Positions 8,431-18,002 of a DNA stretch of 36,836 nucleotides are shown one piece after another. The stretch comes from a virus. Its lineage: Duplodnaviria > Heunggongvirae > Uroviricota > Caudoviricetes. Both the position numbers and the translations under genes were made by a program. The notes beneath the pieces are model-generated. The model did not search any database. It had not been told where the DNA came from and saw nothing but the letters and a program-made list of their open reading frames with translations. Numbering within the stretch: position 1 is the stretch's first letter; every line of letters begins with the position of its first letter. The stretch lies in IMG/VR virus record IMGVR_UViG_2585428015_000012, one strand, 5' to 3'.

Positions 8431-11381
8431 CAGCGGTACTCCTTACGTTGTTTCTGAGCCAGCAGACGCTCCAGCATTTTTTCCAGCTCATGCAGACTCA
8501 TATTCAGGGCACCAGTCAGTCCTGCAGGCGCTGTGGTTTCCCTGCCATTGAGGAAAAACTGAGGATTAAAGCTGACCTGGATACCACCAGACGTTCCACC
8601 GCCGGTTGCAGCTGCACCACGGCCTGAATATCCGGCAGCCAGGATTTCAGGCGAGGGGATACGGGGAACATCCGGTGTCATCTCATTTGCCAGACGTTGC
8701 CCTGGTAAAATCGATGCCCGGGTGGAGAGCGGAATAGCGGGCATGGAAGACAAACTATTGATTACGGCTCCGATCGCATTTTTAGCAGACGACATAAACC
8801 CATTGATATCGGGCAACGGCATACTGAAGCGAACACCTGAAGTGTTATCCCGTATTTCTGGCCCCTGAATGCTCACGGGCATTCTGGGGAGCAGTTCACT
8901 GGCCATTCGCTGCCCGGCCAGAGCTGCAAGCGGAGTGGTCCGCTGCAGGCCAATGGCGGCCCCCTGCGCGATATTGTCACCAAAGCCCATAAACACGCGG
9001 CTCGGCGAATGAATGCCCAGCTTTTCGCTGAACCAGCCACTGATGCTGTCGCCCATTCCGGTTACACTGGATTTGAGCGACTCCCATTTGTTTTTGATAC
9101 CGTTAATCAGACCATCGACAAGATGGCCACCGAAGTCGGTAAACTTTGCCGGCAGATCAACACCAAGATATTTCAGCGCAGCTGCAAAGGCTTTATAGAG
9201 CAGACCTGCCGGCGACCAGTTAATCAGCAGCTTACCAGTTCCCGCGATACCGCCGTTAAAGGCTTCCTGAATGTCAGCCCAGCATTGTTTAAACCAGCTA
9301 CTGATGCTGTCACCCATTCCGGTTACACTGGATTTGAGCGACCCCCATTTGTTTTTGATACCGTTAATCAAACCGTCGATAAGATGGCCACCGAAGTCGG
9401 TGAACTTTGCCGGCAGAGTAACGCCGAAATATTTCAGCGCAGCCGCAAAGGCTTTATAGAGCAGGCCTGCCGGCGACCAGTTAATCAGCAGCTTACCAGT
9501 TCCCGCGATACCGCCGTTAAAGGCTTCCTGAATGTCAGCCCAGCGCTGTTTAAACCAGCCACTGACTGCCCCCCAGTTGCGGTAGATAAGGTAAGCTGCT
9601 GCCGCGACAGCGGTGATAACGAGACCGATGGGATTCATCATCAGCGCTCGCCCAATCCAGAGAACGGCACGTGCAGCGCTCATAAAACCGCGAACGAGGC
9701 TGCCCGCCAGAACTTTGCTGAGTTTCAGTCCTCCGCTGGTCAGTCGGCTGAATCCAGTGACAAGCCAGCGTAATTTGCCACCTTCTCCGAGTGCGGTAGT
9801 CAGTCGATGCCAGTTGGTCCGGAGTAAAACAGCAGTTTTCCAGACGTTCACAAAGGGGGAAATAAGGAGATTCAGCCCCAGTTTGAGACCAACAGTCGCT
9901 ATCTTAATCGCAAGGAGCGCACTGATGAGCTTAAAAGCCCCACTGACAAATTGCGGGTGAGTCGCCACCCAGTGTTTTGTCCCCTGAATGAGTGGGAGCA
10001 AGTCCTGAGTCAGAGAAATAAAAGATGGAGCTAATTGATCGCCCAGCGTAATTGCCAGATCGCGACTGCTGACCATAAGTGTTTTAGTGGCTTCAAGGGG
10101 AGATTTCAGCCGCTGATCATAAGCACTGGCAAGCAAATCGTTATCCGCAGCCCTGAGAGCACCGGCACGGATCTCTCGATATCTGTCCATGTTGGCCAGC
10201 ATCGGGCGGATAAATGCCATGACCTGCATATCCGCGAACATATCGCCCAGACCAAAGTTTTTCGCCAGAGCCTGAAGTGCCTCATCTCTTGCCGTATCAT
10301 TCTTTATTTTCATGGCTGATTTGAAGCCGGCCAGCGCTTCGGGGCTTTTGGCATTGAGGTAACGTTCTATAACACTCAACATCCCTTCAATCGGAGAGAT
10401 CCCCGCAGCTTTATAACTCGCAATAGATCCCTGCAAATCAATACCCAGATCAGCAAACTGTTTCTGAGTATCGCGGGCAAAAATTTTGGTAAGAAAGTTT
10501 TTAAAATTATTGGCTGCTTCGTCGGTGGAACCTGCACCGATTTTTGCTATCTGGAGACTGGCCCCGATTTCAGCAACAGCCTCTTTTCCACTGGCAATAC
10601 CCGCCATCATTGGGGCCAGGGACTGCATCCACTTGACCTGATCCGGGATTTCAAATGACCCCTGGTCACCGGCATAAGCCATAATATTCTGAACGGCACC
10701 AAAATCTCTGGCCGCGCCTTTCAGGGAGTTTTGCCAGACTGCGGCCACTTTTGCCCAGTCCTGAGCAGACGTGCGTGTTGCCGTTGCCGCGCGGGCAATA
10801 TCCGGCATCAGAAAACCGATATCTGACACATTATCAATATTGTCGCTGATGAGTGAACCCATCGCCTCCTGCAGCTCATCCTGATACTGATTGTATTTAA
10901 GCGCCCAGCCTTTTATCTGTCCGGCAAGTGCATCCCGCGTTTTATTGTCATATTTTGCGGTGATCGACATATCAATCATTTTGTCCTGAAAAGACATGGA
11001 CTGCTGAACGGCAGGGGAAACCGTATGATAAACAGTCTGTGCCATGCCATACGCTTCAATCCCCTGACCATACAGCGCCATGCGGTTAGCTTTCAGCGCA
11101 TCACTGGTAGCGGATGCCGCTGACAGACGGCGCTGCTGGCGCTCAATTTGCTCCATGGTGCGGCTTACCCGCAGCAGCTCGCTGTTGAGATGCTGCATCC
11201 GGGAAGAACCCAGTTGACCATAACGTTCTGTTGCACGGGTTAAAGCGTTCTGACGTTCCTGCAGGCGGCGTGAGGTATCGCTCAGGGAATCAAGCGCACG
11301 GCGGGTACCGCTCATTGCAGAACGGAATGTGCTGCCAATCATCCCGCCGATAACAACGCCGACTGAAAACTGTCCCGACAT
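8430..11381 (-). CDS. Tail tape measure protein
   Basis: 983 aa ORF, largest tail gene, coiled-coil-rich N-terminus, hydrophobic central part, internal tandem duplication; GGAGG ribosome-binding site upstream. Confidence 0.85.
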   Translation of the reverse strand: MSGQFSVGVVIGGMIGSTFRSAMSGTRRALDSLSDTSRRLQERQNALTRATERYGQLGSSRMQHLNSELLRVSRTMEQIERQQRRLSAASATSDALKANRMALYGQGIEAYGMAQTVYHTVSPAVQQSMSFQDKMIDMSITAKYDNKTRDALAGQIKGWALKYNQYQDELQEAMGSLISDNIDNVSDIGFLMPDIARAATATRTSAQDWAKVAAVWQNSLKGAARDFGAVQNIMAYAGDQGSFEIPDQVKWMQSLAPMMAGIASGKEAVAEIGASLQIAKIGAGSTDEAANNFKNFLTKIFARDTQKQFADLGIDLQGSIASYKAAGISPIEGMLSVIERYLNAKSPEALAGFKSAMKIKNDTARDEALQALAKNFGLGDMFADMQVMAFIRPMLANMDRYREIRAGALRAADNDLLASAYDQRLKSPLEATKTLMVSSRDLAITLGDQLAPSFISLTQDLLPLIQGTKHWVATHPQFVSGAFKLISALLAIKIATVGLKLGLNLLISPFVNVWKTAVLLRTNWHRLTTALGEGGKLRWLVTGFSRLTSGGLKLSKVLAGSLVRGFMSAARAVLWIGRALMMNPIGLVITAVAAAAYLIYRNWGAVSGWFKQRWADIQEAFNGGIAGTGKLLINWSPAGLLYKAFAAALKYFGVTLPAKFTDFGGHLIDGLINGIKNKWGSLKSSVTGMGDSISSWFKQCWADIQEAFNGGIAGTGKLLINWSPAGLLYKAFAAALKYLGVDLPAKFTDFGGHLVDGLINGIKNKWESLKSSVTGMGDSISGWFSEKLGIHSPSRVFMGFGDNIAQGAAIGLQRTTPLAALAGQRMASELLPRMPVSIQGPEIRDNTSGVRFSMPLPDINGFMSSAKNAIGAVINSLSSMPAIPLSTRASILPGQRLANEMTPDVPRIPSPEILAAGYSGRGAAATGGGTSGGIQVSFNPQFFLNGRETTAPAGLTGALNMSLHELEKMLERLLAQKQRKEYR
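9030..9550. repeat. Tandem ~258 bp duplication inside the tape measure gene (two ~86 aa copies)
   Basis: Near-identical sequence beginning ccagc.actgatgctgtc.cccattccggttacactggatttgagcga recurs ~258 bp apart; the protein shows the corresponding duplicated 86 aa block. Confidence 0.8.
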
Positions 11382-11456
11382 AGTGGTTAACCTCCGGGGA
11401 AGGTGAAAAGACGTGAGGGGATAACGCAGAACAGCCGCTACTGGCGGCTGTCTGTA

Positions 11457-11714
11457 CTATGATTTGTCGCCGTACTCGCTTTTGATTTGCTCTTCAGCCT
11501 GCTCCAGCCACATCTCCAGATCGTCAGTATCGAGGGCATCAATCTCCCCCGGCTGAAACCGGAACCATCTCGCCAGCAGCCCCTGCGCCTGCGTCAGCGC
11601 CCTGGTTGCTCTCACCCATCCCCGTGATGAGCTGAAATCGTTTCTGTAACTGCAGGTAATCAGCCAGATCCATATTGTCGAGATCCTCCGGGAGAAGACC
11701 AGTACTGCGGGCAA
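11457..11714 (-). CDS. Overlapping downstream-frame ORF, probable frameshift extension of the tail chaperone (gpGT-like)
   Basis: 85 aa ORF overlapping the last ~175 nt of the chaperone ORF in the +1 frame and ending just before the tape measure gene. Confidence 0.45.
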   Translation of the reverse strand: MPAVLVFSRRISTIWIWLITCSYRNDFSSSRGWVRATRALTQAQGLLARWFRFQPGEIDALDTDDLEMWLEQAEEQIKSEYGDKS

Positions 11715-11874
11715 TCAGCGGTTCGTCCCAGTCTGCCGGGTTTTTGCTGATTTTGCGCACCTGCTTCAGGTCTTTTACCGTCAGGCGTTTCAGTTCAACC
11801 AGCTCAATTCTGGTGCCTGCAGCAGTGGTGAAGGGATAAGACAATTTAAAAGTATCGGATGGGGTCTGTGACAT
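11539..11874 (-). CDS. Tail assembly chaperone (gpG-like, upstream ORF of a frameshift pair)
   Basis: 111 aa acidic ORF between the tube and tape measure genes; AGGAG ribosome-binding site 8 nt upstream of ATG. Confidence 0.6.
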   Translation of the reverse strand: MSQTPSDTFKLSYPFTTAAGTRIELVELKRLTVKDLKQVRKISKNPADWDEPLIARSTGLLPEDLDNMDLADYLQLQKRFQLITGMGESNQGADAGAGAAGEMVPVSAGGD

Positions 11875-11971
11875 GATTGTGCTCCTGTGTAAGTTCAGGG
11901 CAGTATGTCGGGAGAAGCGCGTGACGGATATTAAAGGAGATTAAGAAGAAGGGGCCGGAGCCCCTGTGATG

Positions 11972-12253
11972 TCAGCAAGTGCGAAACCCCTTGCAGTTAC
12001 GCAGGAAAGCGATGAGAAGCGTCTTTCCCTCAGATTTGCCGATGCCGGAGAACCAGTGGTCGGGAGGCTCCCATGCTTCAATCAAATCCGCCAGTTTGCG
12101 GGCCTTTGAACGTGTGCAGTCAATCGGGTCATTGGTTTTACGGGTATTAAAAAGGGTTTCCACCCCCGGAATATCAAGGAGGGTAAACCACGTACCATTT
12201 GACATGCCCAGTGCCGCACATCGTCCTCCTTTATCCGTCAGTTCAACACTCAC
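11972..12253 (-). CDS. Hypothetical small protein between tail tube and chaperone (GTG start)
   Basis: 93 aa ORF on the late-gene strand starting 2 nt after the tube stop with a GGGGG stretch upstream; no recognisable family. Confidence 0.35.
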   Translation of the reverse strand: MSVELTDKGGRCAALGMSNGTWFTLLDIPGVETLFNTRKTNDPIDCTRSKARKLADLIEAWEPPDHWFSGIGKSEGKTLLIAFLRNCKGFRTC

Positions 12254-12255
12254 CG

Positions 12256-12777
12256 TCAGCCCCCGATATTGATACGGTAGTCAGTCAGTTGATCAACACC
12301 GCCGACCCGGAAGATGTTGGCCAGATAGTCCAGTTGCAGCAGCTCTTCACCATCCAGTACCTGTCTGATATACGTGCAGGTGAAGCTACTGGAGAACTCG
12401 GCGTTCTCGTGCTGTTTGAACGTCCCCAGCGGGTTCTTCTTGAACATAATCGTCAGGAAGGTGACCAGCGGGATTTCGTCAATCAGCCCCTGCGAGCTGT
12501 AGCGCTGGACGCTGGAACGACACTGCAGTGCCAGCGACCTGTACGGGTTCGCGGCAGACAGCATCGCATCGCGGTAAAAGCTGTTCCATTTGATTTCGCC
12601 TTCCAGTTTGTCAAAACCAGCCGGGAGTTCCACCTTACCCACCATCCCCAGCGCCTTGTGTTCCTGCATAATCATGGAGACATCGGGGAGTTTAACTTCC
12701 TCAGCCCGTCCCAGCAGGTTAGTACCATCCAGATAGATGTTGGCATTCGTGATGCGGTTTATCTCAATCTTTGACAT
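12256..12777 (-). CDS. Tail tube protein
   Basis: 173 aa ORF immediately downstream of the sheath gene. Confidence 0.7.
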   Translation of the reverse strand: MSKIEINRITNANIYLDGTNLLGRAEEVKLPDVSMIMQEHKALGMVGKVELPAGFDKLEGEIKWNSFYRDAMLSAANPYRSLALQCRSSVQRYSSQGLIDEIPLVTFLTIMFKKNPLGTFKQHENAEFSSSFTCTYIRQVLDGEELLQLDYLANIFRVGGVDQLTDYRINIGG

Positions 12778-14204
12778 CAGTTGCCCCCTTTCAGGGTTAA
12801 CAGGTATTCCGAGGTGATCTCAGTCTCAAACGTCAGTCGCTCCAGCGGCGGTGGTGGCGTATATTTGTAGCTCAGCAACAGGTGCCCGGCGGCCAGCTCC
12901 GTCTCCGGATTGCGGGCCGGATCAAACCAGCAACGGAAGCCCAGTACCGCACCATCACCAGTCATTTTGCGACCGTAGGCGTTGACCGACTCCGTCAGTG
13001 CATCAATCAGCGCCTGAGTAATCGGCATGTCGATGTACTGCTGGCTGAAATAACGAATGGACTCGTTGATCACATCACCGGTGCGGCGAACGTTCTCAAA
13101 GTTACGCATATGGGTGACCGTTGGCCATGCTGCCGTCCGGTTACCCCACAGACGAAGGCCGCTGCCGTAACTGCTGAATACCGTGGTGATCCCCTGTTCG
13201 TTAAGCAGGTTCACCTCACTCTGCGGGTCATCAATCATCGCGGACAGCTGGCGCTCCACGCCGGTGATCCCCAGAATCTCCTGATTGGAGGATGACCACC
13301 AGTAGCCCTTGTCCAGATCGACTCTGGCACGCAGACCTGCTGCACGCTGGCTGAGCGGCTCCAGACGCTCTGTGTTTGTCACCGGGTCATATACCTTCAC
13401 ATGCGGATAGCACAGACGGACGCGGTCGGAGCTGGTATTGAAGTTGATGGTGCCTTCCGGGCCACGACCTGCCAGAGCCTGTGCAAAGGTGGTACCGACA
13501 GGCGCATCAATGTAGGTTACCGCGCCCAGCTTCTCTGCCATGGCGATAAGCTCAACTGCGACACTCTTCTGGGTGCAGAACACCGGCGCAATCAGAATTT
13601 TGGCGAAATAGCCGTACAGGTTGAAGCTGTCGTTAAGCAGCTTCATGCCGGTTCGGTTTCCGGCGCTGTTCACCCCGCCGATGATGTCCGCCGCAGTCAC
13701 CTTCGACGGGTCCGCGTACTCATAGCTCACCTTCACGCTGCCACCGGCCTCAATAGCCTTGCCCAGGTTCGTGAGCACACCCGCCTGCGCATCAACACGG
13801 TAGTCCGTGTTCGCCGTGTGGGTGGTGCTGCCTTCACTGTTTTTCACCACCACATTAGCGACAACCGGATGCGCCAGTCTGGCCTGCCCTGTCGATTTGT
13901 CAAAGGTAACCACCTCATCCTCGATCGCCGTTTTATGTTTCGCCGGGTCGAGGACGTTAATGACCAGAACGGTGCCTGCACCATGGTCATAAATCGCATC
14001 CAGCGCCTGCGGAATGGTAAAGCCGGTGAACTGGCTGCCAAATGCCGCTGCGTCTTTCTCAGACAGGCACTGTACCAGCGTATTGACATCCCCCATCGGG
14101 GCGGTACCAATCAGGCCAATAACGGCAGATTTCACCGTTTTAACCGGGCGGGCACCGTTTTCCACCTCAATGGTTTCGGGACCATGCAGATAGTTAGCTG
14201 CCAT
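12777..14204 (-). CDS. Contractile tail sheath protein
   Basis: 475 aa ORF; size and position upstream of the tube gene are typical of Mu L-type sheath proteins. Confidence 0.85.
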   Translation of the reverse strand: MAANYLHGPETIEVENGARPVKTVKSAVIGLIGTAPMGDVNTLVQCLSEKDAAAFGSQFTGFTIPQALDAIYDHGAGTVLVINVLDPAKHKTAIEDEVVTFDKSTGQARLAHPVVANVVVKNSEGSTTHTANTDYRVDAQAGVLTNLGKAIEAGGSVKVSYEYADPSKVTAADIIGGVNSAGNRTGMKLLNDSFNLYGYFAKILIAPVFCTQKSVAVELIAMAEKLGAVTYIDAPVGTTFAQALAGRGPEGTINFNTSSDRVRLCYPHVKVYDPVTNTERLEPLSQRAAGLRARVDLDKGYWWSSSNQEILGITGVERQLSAMIDDPQSEVNLLNEQGITTVFSSYGSGLRLWGNRTAAWPTVTHMRNFENVRRTGDVINESIRYFSQQYIDMPITQALIDALTESVNAYGRKMTGDGAVLGFRCWFDPARNPETELAAGHLLLSYKYTPPPPLERLTFETEITSEYLLTLKGGN

Positions 14205-14448
14205 GGGTGTCCTCCGTTTTCACTTCGCTGTCACTGCTGCTTCTGCGCTTTGGTGACTGCACAGCCGGTGTGCCGGCGGGTTTAGTCTCTTCAGGTACCG
14301 GCGTCAGATGTTTCAGCGCCACCAGTACCTTCACGTAGTCATGCTCCTCCGGCAGGGAAACCGTCTTCCCCGGCCAGAGCAGGATTTCGGTTCCGTCCGA
14401 CAGCGTGACGCCGCTGGCCGGGCCGGAATAGCGGTATTCTTTCATCAC
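14194..14448 (-). CDS. Small phage protein (Mu gp38-like, DUF2635-like)
   Basis: 84 aa ORF overlapping the sheath start; conserved position in Mu-like late operons. Confidence 0.5.
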   Translation of the reverse strand: MMKEYRYSGPASGVTLSDGTEILLWPGKTVSLPEEHDYVKVLVALKHLTPVPEETKPAGTPAVQSPKRRSSSDSEVKTEDTHGS

Positions 14449-14909
14449 TCGCTTTCCTCATAGTTCACTTCGGTTAACAGCGGGCCGGACGGTAAATCGC
14501 TGTCTTCGATAAAGACGCTTTCAGTCGCGAAGTCGAGGGCGTACTGCCACAGCCCCCTGACTTCACCGATAAACACCTCGCGGGTCAGCCAGATACGGCG
14601 GCGGCAGCCGGGCGGGGTGTGGCCACCGAGAATGCGGCGGACAGCATCCAGGACATTAATCGCCCCTTTTTTACCGTTGAGCTGGCGGAAGACCACCGTG
14701 ACGCAGAGCTGGATAGTCTGAGACTGGATCACCGCACCGGTATCATCCGGCCTGTCAAAGCGCGAACCGGCATAGCTCAACAGCAACGCGCCAACCGGAT
14801 GGTTCAGGCGATATTCAGCCGGTTTCTCCGGGAAGTACTCCACCTGCAGTTGCGGCAGCTTCTCGCGTAACCGGGCCAGTACCGCATCAAGGACGGGCAG
14901 AACGTTCAT
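14445..14909 (-). CDS. Phage virion protein (Mu gp37-like, tail completion/terminator candidate)
   Basis: 154 aa ORF; ATGA overlap with the upstream gene. Confidence 0.55.
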   Translation of the reverse strand: MNVLPVLDAVLARLREKLPQLQVEYFPEKPAEYRLNHPVGALLLSYAGSRFDRPDDTGAVIQSQTIQLCVTVVFRQLNGKKGAINVLDAVRRILGGHTPPGCRRRIWLTREVFIGEVRGLWQYALDFATESVFIEDSDLPSGPLLTEVNYEESE

Positions 14910-15355
14910 CAGTATTTCTCCAGTAAACCGTCACGACCGCCGAAAGTGGCCGGGCGACTGCGTACACGAAACTCGCCAGGCTCAGGCACATCTTTCTGAG
15001 TGGACGGCAGCCCCAGCGTGAGCCTGTTATCACGTAACTCCCTGAGTTGCCGCAGCGCTTCTTTGTGGTCATCCTTCACCGTATCCGGGAGGTCACCTTC
15101 CGGGCGGCGGGCGTAGAGCCGGTAACGGACCAGCGTGATGGCAATGTCCCGCAGAACAGTCGGTATCTCTGCCAGTGGCAGGATATAGCGTCCGCGCAGA
15201 TGGGCATCAATCAGCTCGTCGGCATAGCGGATACAGCTGTCCACCACACGGGTATTCACTGTTGCAGGTGAGTCGAAGTCCATCTCTTCACTGGTGAGCT
15301 CGATAAGCGTCCGCTCCGGCACCTGCGCAAGCAAATCCTCCAGGGTGCAGTACAT
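14909..15355 (-). CDS. Head-tail connector-like protein (Mu gp36-like)
   Basis: Start taken at the internal ATG (MYCTLEDLLAQ...) 1 nt after the upstream gene's stop; the longer reading to 15517 would overlap the preceding gene. Confidence 0.55.
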   Translation of the reverse strand: MYCTLEDLLAQVPERTLIELTSEEMDFDSPATVNTRVVDSCIRYADELIDAHLRGRYILPLAEIPTVLRDIAITLVRYRLYARRPEGDLPDTVKDDHKEALRQLRELRDNRLTLGLPSTQKDVPEPGEFRVRSRPATFGGRDGLLEKY

Positions 15356-15356
15356 G

Positions 15357-15695
15357 TCACACCCCGCGCAGGATACGAATGACGTCGCCTTCACCCCCGG
15401 CTTCATCAAGTGCAATACCACAGGATTTACCGTCGCCGGACTGCGGCACGGCTCTGGCCTGAGCATCTGACTGAACAGCCACACCACGGCTGACAGCGGC
15501 CCCGGCCTCGACAGCAATAATGCCCAGAACGCTCACCGGCGTGCTGTCGCCGGTAACAGCATCCACTTCGGCAACCCCGAGCGCTGCGGCACCGGCTTTA
15601 CAGGGGGTATTATCTGCCCCGACAAAACGCTGCTGTGCCAGTGCTGCCCCTGCCGTTACGGTTGTGATCAGAATGACCTGCTGAGTGGTTCCCAT
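15357..15695 (-). CDS. Ala/Gly-rich small head-associated protein (Mu gp35-like)
   Basis: 112 aa ORF directly downstream of the major capsid gene. Confidence 0.5.
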   Translation of the reverse strand: MGTTQQVILITTVTAGAALAQQRFVGADNTPCKAGAAALGVAEVDAVTGDSTPVSVLGIIAVEAGAAVSRGVAVQSDAQARAVPQSGDGKSCGIALDEAGGEGDVIRILRGV

Positions 15696-15704
15696 AACGC
15701 CTCC

Positions 15705-16658
15705 TTATTTACTGATACCGGTAATGAGATACCCGGCATCGCCACCAACCACGGCGACTTTGTAGATATCGGTATAACGGCAGTACTTCACCTTGCCACC
15801 GGCTCCGTCGTATTTGTCGGCAACAGGCATCCCCTTACGACGCAGGGTGTAGCCGAAGGACGGCTCGTTCTCGTCCGCGCTGTCCGCCCCCGGCTGCGGT
15901 TTGCCGACATAGTGCAGCATCAGATTGTCTCCCCAGATATCCGCCGGCACGCTGTTCTTATCCATTGCCGCTTTCATGGACGGCAGGGAGACTGGGGCAC
16001 CGATGACGATCTCTTCGATCTGAAAGAGGTCCTGCAGGATTTCTGTGGTGATGCGCTTGCGTTCGTTGGCTCCGATGGCGGCCTGAATCGCCGGGTGGAA
16101 CTTCAGCAGCGCCATCACGCCGGCCCCCATGGTCATCAGGTTAGGACGCAGCCCCGTGGCCGTACGGACCGCTTCCATACCGGCTTCAATCACCCCGATG
16201 GGGTCCCCCTTACCACCGGCCCAGCGATCACTGGCTGTCAGTTTTTTGACGTGCCCGGTACGGTAGACCTTTTCATCCTGAGCCAGACGGGCAGCGATAA
16301 GTTCACGGCGCAGGTTCACGCCATTCGTGGCGCGACGGATGGCCTTGCTCTCTTCGTTAAACATGGACTCCGCCTGCTCGCGATAGTCCACCGGCGCAGC
16401 CAGATCGTGTTCACCCAGCACCAGGTCCAGCGTGCCTGTTTTTTCACGGACCAGAACATTGCTGTCCGCCCCGACGGCACGCTCGGTGTCATATTCCACA
16501 AAGGCGGTTTTCCCGAAGGTCGGTACACGCACGCCTTCCTTGTCCGTCAGCACGACGGGGAAAATACGTTCGCCGATGAATGCGGCATTTTTATAGCCAC
16601 GGGCGATACTGGTCAGTACCGGATCAACGACACGTTTACCTTTTAAGTAATCAGACAT
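15705..16658 (-). CDS. Major capsid protein (Mu gpT-like)
   Basis: 317 aa ORF downstream of the protease/scaffold gene; size and N-terminal sequence typical of Mu T-type head subunits. Confidence 0.85.
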   Translation of the reverse strand: MSDYLKGKRVVDPVLTSIARGYKNAAFIGERIFPVVLTDKEGVRVPTFGKTAFVEYDTERAVGADSNVLVREKTGTLDLVLGEHDLAAPVDYREQAESMFNEESKAIRRATNGVNLRRELIAARLAQDEKVYRTGHVKKLTASDRWAGGKGDPIGVIEAGMEAVRTATGLRPNLMTMGAGVMALLKFHPAIQAAIGANERKRITTEILQDLFQIEEIVIGAPVSLPSMKAAMDKNSVPADIWGDNLMLHYVGKPQPGADSADENEPSFGYTLRRKGMPVADKYDGAGGKVKYCRYTDIYKVAVVGGDAGYLITGISK

Positions 16659-16672
16659 GCTCTCTCCTTAAA

Positions 16673-17788
16673 TTACAGGCAGCGTGCGACAGCAGCCTCA
16701 TAGCTGATGCCTTCTTTTTTGGACAGGGCCACTGCTTTCTGATGCAGGGCCAGACGCTCAGGATCGGCTTCCGCAAACTCTGCCACATCCACCTTCACCG
16801 TGTCGCCGACACGCTCTTTTGTGGCCTGTTCGGCGAAATTCATCACCGGCTCCCCGTCGGAGAGCAATGAACGAAAGGCGGTGGCCAGCGGTGTGCGGCT
16901 TTCCCCCTCAGCAAACTCCACCGGCTTGTCGCCACCGGCGACGGCATCCAGCAGGGCAACCACCACGGAGGAGGCGCGGGGAGCCAGACGGCCCTCTGCG
17001 ACCAGTTTTTCTGCAAAGGCCACATTGTCCTTATGCAGTTGCTCCTGTCTGACCTGTGCATCACGCGCATCGCGATCAGCAGCCTGCTGCTTCAGGCGGC
17101 GGTTCTCCTCCTGAAGGGCTTCAATCTCTTCTTTTGTCATCGATGATTCCTCGTTACTTGCGGAAGACGGCCCCGGGCCTGTCTCACTGAATTGTGCACC
17201 TGCTGCATCCTGCGACAGTGTGTCGCGGTACGCCTCTTCGCGCAGACTGTTGAGCTGCCATTCCGGCAGGACTTTTTCTGCCTCGTCCAGACTGAAGCGG
17301 GCGATCAGAAAATCGCGCAGCTTTCCCCACAGGGAGGCATTCGTGATGGCCTGCCAGTCGGCGAACTCCACCACACCTTCTTCCTGCTCACTGAAGGACA
17401 CCTGTTTCAGCCCCTTGACGGAAGGTGGCTGTGCCCCGAGAAAGCCCACATGGCGAAGGTAGAGCACGCCGGGCTTCGGATTGGACGGTGAATCCGGGAG
17501 GTAGAAAGAGGCGGACACTTTTTTGAATCGTCCGTCGGTGACCATCTCAGCAAACTGCGGGTCCAGCTGGGCAGGCTCTGCCATCAGATCGACGCCGCTG
17601 AGCGACAGGGCTTTCACCCAGCCCCACGCCGGGTCTTCCGTTCTGGGATGACCAATCACGAGTGGTGCTTCATGGACGGACGGGTCATAGGCTTTCACGC
17701 AGGCGGCAAGATCGTCTGGCGTGAACGGCAGTTTTTTGCCGTGCATATCGGTATGAGTACCGGCTTTAAAAATGTGAATGGCTGACAT
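16673..17788 (-). CDS. Head maturation protease / scaffold fusion (Mu gpI-like)
   Basis: 371 aa ORF; N-terminal protease-like region, acidic coiled-coil C-terminal region (EEIEALQEENRRLKQQ); immediately upstream of the capsid gene. Confidence 0.8.
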   Translation of the reverse strand: MSAIHIFKAGTHTDMHGKKLPFTPDDLAACVKAYDPSVHEAPLVIGHPRTEDPAWGWVKALSLSGVDLMAEPAQLDPQFAEMVTDGRFKKVSASFYLPDSPSNPKPGVLYLRHVGFLGAQPPSVKGLKQVSFSEQEEGVVEFADWQAITNASLWGKLRDFLIARFSLDEAEKVLPEWQLNSLREEAYRDTLSQDAAGAQFSETGPGPSSASNEESSMTKEEIEALQEENRRLKQQAADRDARDAQVRQEQLHKDNVAFAEKLVAEGRLAPRASSVVVALLDAVAGGDKPVEFAEGESRTPLATAFRSLLSDGEPVMNFAEQATKERVGDTVKVDVAEFAEADPERLALHQKAVALSKKEGISYEAAVARCL

Positions 17789-18002
17789 TTTGCTGTCCCG
17801 CGTTATGTTGTCGGAGACAGTTTGTGAGAAATGCAGGCCCGGCGATTTTAATCTGCTTTAGAAAACATCAGGGGAGAAGGACAGGGAAAGCAATGCGGTG
17901 AACCGGAGGCGGTTATAAAACAGAGGCTGTAAAGCCTTTATAAAGGTAATACAGCCCCTCATTCGCTGGCAATGATAAATCACCCGCCTGAAGAGAGAAA
18001 AC
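17789..18002 (-). promoter_or_regulatory. Non-coding gap between G-like and I-like genes, candidate internal late promoter
   Basis: 214 bp gap in an otherwise overlapping operon; in Mu a C-dependent late promoter sits at the equivalent position. Confidence 0.3.

Noticed and set aside
9009-9773. 254 aa plus-strand ORF (and 61-62 aa ORFs at 9013 and 9271) antisense to the tape measure gene
   Set aside because: They lie entirely inside the 983 aa tape measure ORF on the opposite strand and simply mirror its tandem duplication; no ribosome-binding site. Treated as shadow ORFs.
14909-15517. Long 202 aa reading of the gp36-like ORF
   Set aside because: The N-terminal 54 codons overlap the preceding gene in another frame; an internal ATG one nucleotide after that gene's stop gives a coupled start at 15355.
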